Made by a program: the position numbers and the translations under genes. This document shows positions 1 to 9,896 of a DNA stretch of 64,000 nt, piece after piece. Below the pieces are notes generated by a model. The model was not told the origin of the DNA. It made no database searches and saw nothing but the letters and a program-made list of their open reading frames with translations. Origin of the DNA: Eledone cirrhosa (taxonomy: Eukaryota); assembly GCA_964016885.1 (NCBI GenBank), contig OZ024740.1, positions 406,658,001 through 406,722,000 on the forward strand. The letters run 5' to 3'. Position 1 is the stretch's first letter, and each line of letters opens with the position of its first letter.

Positions 1-3000
1 CATAAGCTAGTAGTCATTAGCTAGTAGTCATTGTGGATTCCATCATTCGCTAGCAGACATTGTGGATTCCGTTATTAGTTAGTAGTCATTAGCTAGTAGT
101 CATTGTGGATTTCATTATTAGTTAGTAGTCATTAGCTAGTAGTCATTGTGGATTCCCTCATTAGTTAGTAGTCATTGTGGAATCCGTTATTAGTTAGTAG
201 TCATTAGCTAGTAGTCATTGTGGATTCCGTCATTAGTTAGTAGTCATTGTGGATTCCGTTATTAGTTAGTAGTCATTAGCTAGTAGTCATTGTGGATTCC
301 GTCATTAGTTAGTAGTCATTGTGGATTCCGTTATTAGTTAGTAGTCATTAGCTAGTAGTCATTGTGGCTTTCATTATTAGTTAGTAGTCATTAGTTAGTA
401 ATCATTGTGGATTCCGTTATTAGTTAGTAGTCATTGTGGATTCCCTTATTAGTTAGTAGTCATTTTTAGATTACCTTATTAGTTAGTGGTCATTGTGGAT
501 TCCGTTATTAGTTAGTAGTCGTTGTGGATTCCGTTATTAGTTAGTAGTCGTAGTGGATTCCGTCATTAGCTAGTAGTCATTGTGGATTCCGTTATTAGTT
601 AGTAGTCATTAGCTAGTAGTCATTTAGGATTCCGTCATTCGCTAGTAGTCGTTTTGGATTCCGTCATTAGTTAGTAGTCATTGTGGAGTACGTTATTAGT
701 TAGTAGTCATTGTGGATTCCGTTATTAGTTAATAGTCATTAACTACCAGTCATTGTGGATCCGTCATTAGTTAGTAGTCATTGTGGATTCCGTTATTAGT
801 TAGTAGTCATTGTGGATTCCGTTATTAGTTAGTAGTCATTAACAAGTAGTCATTGTAGATTCCGTCATTAGCTAGTAGTCATTGTGGATTTAATTATTAG
901 TTAGTAGTCATTAGCTAGTGGTCATTGTGGATTCCGTCATTAGTTAGTTGTCAATGTGGATTCCGTCATTAGCTAGTAGTCCTTGGCGATTCCGTTATCA
1001 GTTAGTAGTCATTGTGGATTCCGTTATTAGTTAGTAGTCATTGTGGATTCCGTTATTAGTTAGTAGCCATTGTGGATTCCGTTATTAGTTAGTAGTCATT
1101 AGCTAGTAGTCACTGTGGATTCCGTTATTAGTTAGTAGTCATTAGCTAGTAGTCATTTAGGATTCCGTCATTAGTTAGTAGTCTTTGTGGATTCCGTTAT
1201 TAGTTAGTAGTCTATAGCTAGTAGTCATTTTGGATTTCATTATTAGTTATTAGTCATTAGCTAGTAGTCATTGTGGATTCCCTCATTAGTTATTAGTCAT
1301 TGTGGATTCCGTTATTAGTTAGTAGTCATTAGCTAGTAGTCATTTAGGATTCCGTCATTAGTTAGTAGTCATTGTGGATTCCGTCATTAGTTAGTAGTCA
1401 TTAGCTAGTAATCATTGTGGATTCCGCCATTCGCTAGTAGTCATTGTGGATTCCGTTATTAGTTAGTAGTCATTAGCTAGTAGTCATTGTGGATTCCGTC
1501 ATTAGCTAGTAGTCATTGTGGATTCCGTTATTAGTTAGTAGTCATTAGCTAGTAGTCATTGTGGATTCCGTCATTCGCTAATAGTCATTGAGGATTCCGT
1601 CATTAGTTAGTAGTCATTGTGGATTCCGACATTAGTTAGTAGTCATTGTGGATTCCGTTATTAGTTAGTAGTCATTGTGGATTCCGTCATTAGCTAGTAG
1701 TCATTGTGGATTCCGTTATTAGTTAGTAGTCATTAGCTAGTAGTCATTGTGGATTCCGTCATTCGCTAATAGTCGTTGAGGATTCCGTCATTAGTTAGTA
1801 GTCATTGTGGATTCCGTCATTAGTTAGTAGTCATTGTGGATTCCGTTATTAGTTAGTAGTCATTGTGGATTCCGTCATTAGCTAGTAGTCATTGTGGATT
1901 CAGTTATTATTTAGTAGTCATTAGCTAGTAGTCATTGTGGATTCCGTTATTAGTTAGTAGTCTTTGTGGATTCCGTTATTAGTTAGTAGTCATTGTGGAT
2001 TCTGTTATTAGCTAGTAGTCATTGTGGATTCCGTTATTAGTTATTAGTCATTAGCTAGTAGTCATTGTGGATTCCGTCATTCGCTAATAGTCGTTGAGGA
2101 TTCCGTCATTAGTTAGTAGTCATTGTGGATTCCGTCATTAGTTAGTAGTCATTGTGGATTCCGTTATTAGTTAGTAGTCGTAGTGGATTCCGTCATTAAC
2201 TAGTAGTCATTGTGGATTCCGTTATTAGTTAGCAGTCATTAGTTAGTAGTCATTGTGGATTCCGTTATTAGTTAGTAGTCAATGTGGATTCCGTTATTAG
2301 TTAGTAGTCATTGTAGATTCCGTTATTAGTTATTAGTCATTAGCTAGTAGTCATTGTGGATTCCCTCATTAGTTAGTAGTCATTGTGGATTCCGTTATTA
2401 GTTAGTAGTCATTAGCTAGTAGTCATTGTGGATTCCGTTATTAGTTAGTAGTCATTGTGGATTCAGTTATTAGTTAGTAGTCGTTGTGGATTCCGTTATT
2501 AGTTAGTAGTCGTAGTGGATTCCGTCATTAGCTAGTAGTCATCGTGGATTCTGTTATTAGTTACTAGTCATTGTGGATTCCGTTATTGGTTAGTAGTTAT
2601 TAACTCGTAGTCATTGTGGATTCCGTCATTCGCTAGTAGTCATTATGGATTCCATTATTAGTTAGTAGTCATTAGCTAGTGGTCATTGTGGATTCCGTTA
2701 TTAGTTAGTAGTCATTGTGGATTCCGTTATTAGTTAGTAGTCATTAACAAGTAGTTATTGTAGATTCCGTCATTAGCTAGTAGTCATTGTGGATTTAATT
2801 ATTAGTTAGTAGTCATTAGCTAGTAGTCATTGTGGATTCCGTTATTAGTTAGTAGTCATTGTAGATTCCGTGATTAGTTAGTAGTCATTAGCTAGTAGTC
2901 ATTGCGGATTCCGTCATTCGCTAGTAGTCATTGTGAATTCCGCCATTAGTTAGTAGTCATTGTGGATGCCGTTATTAGTTAGTAGTCATTGTGGATTCCG

Positions 3001-6000
3001 TTATTAGTTAGTAGCAATTGTGGATTCCGTTATTAGTTAGTAATCATTAGCTAGTAGTCGTTGTGGATTCCGTCATTACCTAGTAGTCATTGTGGATTCC
3101 GTCATTACCTAGTAGTCATTGTGGATTCCGTCATTAACTAGTAGTCATTGTGGATTCCCTCATTAGTTAGTAGTCATTGTGGAATCCGTTATTAGTTAGT
3201 AGTCATTATCTAGTAGTCATTGTGGATTCCGTCATTAGTTAGTAGTCATTAGTTAGTAGTCATTGTGGATTCCGTTATTACTTAGTAGTCATTTTAGATT
3301 CCCTTATTAGTTAGTAGTCATTGTGGATTCCGTCATTTGTTTATAGTCATTAACAACCAGTCATTGTGGATCCGTCATTAGTTAGTAGTCATTAACTAGT
3401 AGTCATTGTAGATTCCGTCATTAGTTAGTAGTCATTGTGGATTACGTTATTAGTTAGTAGTCATTGGGGATTCCGTCGTTAGCTAGTAGTCATTGTGGAT
3501 TCCATCATTCGCTAGTAGTCATGGAGGATTCCGTTATTAGTTAGTAGTTATCGTGGATTTCATTATTACTTAGTAGTCATTAGTTAGTAGTCTTTGTGGA
3601 TTCCGTCATTAGTTAGTAGTCATTGTGCATTCCGTCATTAGTTAGTAGTCATTGGCGATTCCGTTATTAGTTAGTAGTCATTGTGGATTCCGTTCTTACT
3701 TAGTAGTCATTTTAGATTCCCTTATTAGTTAGTAGTCATTGTGGATTCCGTCATTAGTTAATAGTCATTGTTGATCCGTCATTAGTTAGTAGTCATTAGC
3801 TAGTCGTCATTGTGGCTTCCATCATTAGTTAGTAGTTATTGTGGATTTCATTATTAGTTAATAGTCATTAGTTAGTAGTCTTTGTGGATTCTGTCATTAG
3901 TTAGTAGTCCTTGTGCATTCCGTCATTAGCTAGTAGTCATTAGCTAGTAGTCATTGTGGATTACGTCATTCGCTAGTAGTCATTGTGGATTCCGTTATTA
4001 GTTAGTAGTCATTGTGTATTCCGTCATTAGCTAGTAGTCATTGGCGATTCCGTTATTTGTTAGTAGTCATTGTGGATTCCGTCATTCGTTAGGAGTCATT
4101 GTGTATTCCGTTATTAGTTAGCAGTCATTGTGGATTCCGTTATTAGTTCGTAGCCATTGTGCATTCCGTTATTTGATAGTAGTCATTAGCTATTAGTCAC
4201 TGTGGATTCCGTTATTAGTTAGTACTCATGAGCTAGTAGTCATTTTGGATTCCGTCATTAGTTACTAGTCATTGTAGATTCCGTTATTAGTTAGTAGTCA
4301 TTAGCTAGTAGTCATTGTGGATTCCGTCATTACCTAGTAGTCATTGTGGATTCCGTCATTACCTAGTAGTCATTGTGGATTCCGTTATTAGCTAGTAGTC
4401 ATTGTGGATTCAGTTATTAGTTAGTAGTCATTAGCTAGTAGTCATTGTGGATTTCATTATTAGTTAGTAGTCATTAGCTAGTAGTCATTGTGGATTCCCT
4501 CCTTAGTTAGTAGTCATTGTGGATTCCATTATTAGTTAGTAGTCATCAGTTGGTAGCCTTTGTGGATTTCATTATTAGTTAGTAGACATTAGGTGATAGA
4601 CTTTGTGGATTCCGTCATTAGTTAGTAGTCATTGTGGATTCCGTCATTAGTTAGTAGTCATTAGCTAGTAGTCATTAGCTAGTAGTCATTGTGGATTCCA
4701 TCATTCGCTAGTAGACATTGTGGATTCCGTTATTAGTTAGTAGTCATTGTGCATTCCGTCATTAGCTAGTAGTTATTGTGGATTCAGTTATTAGTTAGTA
4801 GTCATAAGCTAGTAGTCATTGTGGATTTCATTATTAGTTAGTAGTCATTAGCTAGTAGTCATTGTGGATTCCCTCATTAGTTAGTAGTCATTGTGGAATC
4901 CGTTATTAGTTAGTAGTCATTAGCTAGTAGTCATTGTGGATTCCGTCATTAGTTAGTAGTCATTGTGGATTCCGTTATTAGTTAGTAGTCATTAGCTAGT
5001 AGTCATTGTGGATTTCATTATTGGTTAGTAGTCATTAGTTAGTAGTCATTGTGGATTCCGTTATTAGTTAGTAGTCGTAGTGGATTCCGTCATTAGCTAG
5101 TAGTCATTGTGGATTCCGTTATTAGTTACTAGTCATTAGCTAGTAGTCATTGTGGATTCCGTTATTAGTTAGTAGTCATTGTGGATTCCGTTATTAGTTA
5201 GTAGTCATTGTGGATTCCGTTATTAGTTAGTAGTCATTAGCTAGTAGTCATTTAGGATTCCGTCATTCGCTAGTAGTCATTGTGGATTCCGTCATTAGTT
5301 AGTAGTCATTGTGGAGTACGTTATTAGTTAGTAGTCATTAACTAGTAGTCATTGTGGATTTCGTCATTGGCTAGTAGTCAATATGGATTCCATTATTAGT
5401 TAGTAGTCATTTGGAATCCCATTATTAGTTAGTAGTCATTGTGAATTCCGTTATTAGTTAATAGTCATTAACTACCAGTCATTGTGGATCCGTCATTAGT
5501 TAGTAGTCATTGTGGATTCCGTTATTAGTTAGTAGTCATTGTGGATTCCGTTATTAGTTAGTAGTCATTAACAAGTAGTCATTGTAGATTCCGTCATTAA
5601 ATAGTAGTCATTGTGGATTTAATTATTAGTTAGTAGTCATTAGCTAGTGGTCATTGTGGATTCCGTCATTAGTTAGTTGTCAATGTGGATTCCGTCATTA
5701 GCTAGTAGTCCTTGGCGATTCCGTTATTAGTTAGTAGTCATTGTGGATTCCGTTATTAGTTAGTAGTCATTAGCTAGTAGTCACTGTGGATTCCGTTATT
5801 AGTTAGTAGTCATTAGCTAGTAGTCATTTAGGATTCCGTCATTAGTTAGTAGTCTTTGTGGATTCCGTTATTAGTTAGTAGTCTATAGCTAGTAGTCATT
5901 TTGGATTTCATTATTAGTTATTAGTCATTAGCTAGTAGTCATTGTGGATTCCCTCATTAGTTAATAGTCATTGTGGATTCCGTTATTAGTTAGTAGTCAT

Positions 6001-6441
6001 TAGCTAGTAGTCATTTAGGATTCCGTCATTAGTTAGTAGTCATTGTGGATTCCCTTGTTAGTTAGTAGTCATTAGCTAGTAGTCATTTTGGATTTCATTA
6101 TTAGTTATTAGTCATTAGCTAGTAGTCATTGTGGATTCTCTCATTAGTTAATATTCATCGTGGATTTCATTATTAGTTATTAGTCATTAGTTAGTAGTCT
6201 TTGTGGATTCCGTCATTTGTAAGTAGTCATTAGCTAGTAGTCATTGTGGATTCCGCCATTCGCTAGTAGTCATTGTGGATTCCGTTATTAGTTAGTAGTC
6301 ATTAGTTAGTAGTCATTGTGGATTTCATTATTAGTTAGTAGTGATTAGCTAGTAGTCATTGTGGATTCCCACCTTAGTTAGTAGTCATTGTGGATTCCAT
6401 TATTAGTTAGTAGTCATCAGTTGGTAGCCTTTGTGGATTTC

Positions 6442-6456
6442 ATTATTAGTTAGTAG
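6442..6456 (+). repeat. 5' target-site duplication of the SINE (ATTATTAGTTAGTAG)
   Basis: Identical to 6640-6654. Paralogous empty sites (8973-8987, 29253-29267) carry this 15-mer once, in the context ...gcctttgtggatttc-ATTATTAGTTAGTAG-acattagttggtag... Confidence 0.88.
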
Positions 6457-6466
6457 GGCGGTGGAT

Positions 6467-6478
6467 TGGCAGTATCGG
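6467..6478 (+). promoter_or_regulatory. RNA polymerase III internal promoter A-box-like motif
   Basis: TGGCAGTATCGG versus consensus TRGCNNARYNGG (one mismatch), starting 10 nt after the element's 5' end, as expected for a tRNA-derived head. Confidence 0.65.
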
Positions 6479-6531
6479 TAGAGGGTCGGACGCCATGCTT
6501 TCCAGCATAGTTACGTCCCTTTACCATCTGA

Positions 6532-6541
6532 GTTCAAATCC
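6532..6541 (+). promoter_or_regulatory. RNA polymerase III internal promoter B-box motif
   Basis: GTTCAAATCC matches GTTCRANNCC and lies 53 nt downstream of the A-box-like motif. Confidence 0.8.
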
Positions 6542-6639
6542 CGCCGAGGTTGACTTTGCCTTTCATCCTTACGGGGTCGATAAAATAAAGTACCAGTAAT
6601 GCACTGGTAATTGCTGGCCTTGTGCCTAAAATAGAAACA

Positions 6640-6654
6640 ATTATTAGTTAGTAG
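6640..6654 (+). repeat. 3' target-site duplication of the SINE (ATTATTAGTTAGTAG)
   Basis: Identical to 6442-6456 and followed by acattagttggtagtcttt, the continuation seen at the empty sites. Confidence 0.88.
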
Positions 6655-9600
6655 ACATTAGTTGGTAGTCTTTGTGGATTCCGTCATTAGTTAGTAGTCA
6701 TTGTGGATTCCGTCATTAGTTAGTAGTCATTGGCGATTCCGTTATTAGTTAGTAGTCATTGTGGATTCCGTCATTCGTTAGTAGTCATTGTGGATTCCGT
6801 TATTAGTTAGCAGTCATTGTGGATTCCGTTATTAGTTAGTAGCCATTGTGGATTCCGTTATTAGATAGTAGTCATTAGCTATTAGTCACTGTGGATTCCG
6901 TTATTAGTTAGTACTCATGAGCTAGTAGTCATTTTGGATTCCGTCATTAGTTACTAGTCATTGTGGATTCCGTTATTAGTTAGTAGTCATTAGCTAGTAG
7001 TCATTGTGGATTCCGTCATTACCTAGTAGTCATTGTGGATTCCGTCATTACCTAGTAGTCATTGTGGATTCCGTTATTAGCTAGTAGTCATTGTGGATTC
7101 AGTTATTAGTTAGTAGTCATTAGCTAGTAGTCATTGTGGATTTCATTATTAGTTAGTAGTCATTAGCTAGTAGTCATTGTGGATTCCCTCCTTAGTTAGT
7201 AGTCATTGTGGATTCCATTATTAGTTAGTAGTCATCAGTTGGTAGCCTTTGTGGATTTCATTATTAGTTAGTAGACATTAGTTGGTAGTCTTTGTGAATT
7301 CCGTCATTAGTTAGTAGTCATTGTGGATTCCGTCATTATTTAGTAGTCATTAGCTAGTAGTCATTAGCTAGTAGTCATTGTGGATTCCATCATTCGCTAG
7401 CAGACATTGTGGATTCCGTTATTAGTTACTAGTCATTAGCTAGAAGTCATTGTGGATTCCGTTATTAGTTAGTAGTCATTGTGGATTCCGTTATTAGTTA
7501 GTAGTCATTGTGGATTCCGTTATTAGTTAGTAGTCATTAGCTAGTAGTCATTTAGGATTCCGTCATTCGCTAGTAGTCATTGTGGATTCCGTTATTAGTT
7601 ACTAGTCATTAGCTAGAAGTCATTGTGGATTCCGTTATTAGTTAGTAGTCATTGTGGATTCCGTTATTAGTTAGTAGTCATTGTGGATTCCGTTATTAGT
7701 TAGTAGTCATTAGCTAGAAGTCATTGTGGATTCCGTTATTAGTTAGTAGTCATTGTGGATTCCGTTATTAGTTAGTAGTCATTGTGGATTCCGTTATTAG
7801 TTAGTAGTCATTAGCTAGTAGTCATTTAGGATTCCGTCATTCGCTAGTAGTCATTGTGGATTCCGTCATTAGTTAGTAGTCATTGTGGAGTACGTTATTA
7901 GTTAGTAGTCATTAACTAGTAGTCATTGTGGATTTCGTCATTCGCTAGTAGTCAATATGGATTCCATTATTAGTTAGTAGTCATTGTGGATTCCGTTATT
8001 AGTTAATAGTCATTAACTACCAGTCATTGTGGATCCGTCATTAGTTAGTAGTCATTGTGGATTCCGTTATTAGTTAGTAGTCATTGTGGATTCCGTTATC
8101 AGTTAGTGGTCATTAACAAGTAGTCATTGTAGATTCCGTCATTAAATAGTAGTCATTGTGGATTTAATTATTAGTTAGTAGTCATTAGCTAGTGGTCATT
8201 GTGGATTCCGTCATTAGTTAGTTGTCAATGTGGATTCCGTCATTAGCTAGTAGTCCTTGGCGATTCCGTATTTAATTAGTAGTCATTGTGGATTCCGTTA
8301 TTAGTTAGTAGTCATTGTGGATTACGTTATTAGTTAGTAGCCATTGTGGATTCCGTTATTAGTTAGTAGTCATTAGCTAGTAGTCACTGTGGATTCCGTT
8401 ATTAGTTAGTAGTCATTAGCTAGTAGTCATTTAGGATTCCGTCATTAGTTAGTAGTCTTTGTGGATTCCGTTATTAGTTAGTAGTCTATAGCTAGTAGTC
8501 ATTTTGGATTTCATTATTAGTTATTAGTCAATAGCTAGTAGTCATTGTGGATTCCCTCATTAGTTAATAGTCATTGTGGATTCCGTTATTAGTTAGTAGT
8601 CATTAGCTAGTAGTCATTTAGTATTCCGTCATTAGTTAGTAGTCATTGTGGATTCCCTTGTTAGTTAGTAGTCATTAGCTAGTAGTCATTTTGGATTTCC
8701 TTATCAGTTATTAGTCATTAGCTAGTAGTCATTGTGGATTCCCTCATTAGTTAATATTCATCGTGGATTTCATTATTAGTTAGTAGTCATTAGTTAGTAG
8801 TCTTTGTGGATTCCGTCATTAGTTAGTAGTCATTAGCTAGTAGTCATTGTGGATTCCGCCATTCGCTAGTAGTCATTGTGGATTCCGTTATTAGTTAGTA
8901 GTCATTAGCTAGTAGTCATTGTGGATTTCATTATTAGTTAGTAGTCATCAGTTGGTAGCCTTTGTGGATTTCATTATTAGTTAGTAGACATTAGTTGGTA
9001 GTCTTTGTGGATTCCGTCATTAGTTAGTAGTCATTGTGGATTCCGTCATTAGTTAGTAGTCATTGGCGATTCCGTTATTAGTTAGTAGTCATTGTGGATT
9101 CCGTCATTCGTTAGTAGTCATTGTGGATTCCGTTATTAGTTAGCAGTCAATGTGGATTCCGTTATTAGTTAGTAGCCATTGTGGATTCCGTTATTAGATA
9201 GTAGTCATTAGCTATTAGTCACTGTGGATTCCGTTATTAGTTAGTACTCATGAGCTAGTAGTCATTTTGGATTCCGTCATTAGTTACTAGTCATTGTGGA
9301 TTCCGTTATTAGTTAGTAGTCATTAGCTAGTAGTCATTGTGGATTCCGTCATTACCTAGTAGTCATTGTGGATTCCGTCATTACCTAGTAGTCATTGTGG
9401 ATTCCGTTATTACCTAGTAGTCATTGTGGATTCAGTTATTAGTTAGTAGTCATTAGCTAGTAGTCATTGTGGATTTCATTATTAGTTAGTAGTGATTAGC
9501 TAGTAGTCATTGTGGATTCCCTCCTTAGTTAGTAGTCATTGTGGATTCCATTATTAGTTAGTAGTTATTAGCTAGTAGTCATTGTGGATTCCGTCATTAG

Positions 9601-9896
9601 TTAGTAGTCATTGTGGATTCCGTTATTAGTTAGTAGTCATTAGCTAGTAGTCATTGTGGATTTCATTATTAGTTAGTAGTCATTAGTTAGTAGTCATCAG
9701 TTGGTAGCCTTCGTGGATTTCATTATTAGTTAGTAGACATTAGTTGGTAGTCTTTGTGGATTCCGTCATTAGTTAGTAGTCATTGTGGATTCCGTCATTC
9801 GCTAGCAGACATTGTGGATTCCGTTATTAGTTAGTAGTCATTGTGCAGACCGTCATTAGCTAGTAGTTATTGTGGATTCAGTTATTAGTTAGTAGT

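Larger units (their letters stand above)
6457..6639 (+). mobile_element. tRNA-derived SINE-like retroposon insertion (183 bp), resembling an octopus/cephalopod SINE family
   Basis: The only non-satellite sequence. It begins GGCGG and has an A-box-like TGGCAGTATCGG (6467-6478) and a B-box GTTCAAATCC (6532-6541). The body is GAGGTTGACTTTGCCTTTCATCCTTACGGGGTCGATAAAATAAAGTACCAG and the 3' end is GGCCTTGTGCCTAAAATAGAAAC. It is flanked by a 15-bp direct repeat. The family and taxon assignment is from recall, not a database search. Confidence 0.9.

Noticed and set aside
6461-6467. GTGGATT in the SINE head matches the satellite A core, suggesting the satellite arose from the SINE
   Set aside because: Only 7 bp with no flanking similarity, which is compatible with chance.
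6495-6510. ATG-initiated ORF inside the insertion
   Set aside because: ATG at 6495 gives only a few dozen codons at most, within a 183-bp Pol III-type element, with no recognisable protein similarity or coding context.
6457-6545. Functional tRNA gene
   Set aside because: A and B boxes are present, but I could not build a full cloverleaf with an anticodon arm. It continues into a non-tRNA body and is bounded by a TSD, which fits a SINE head.
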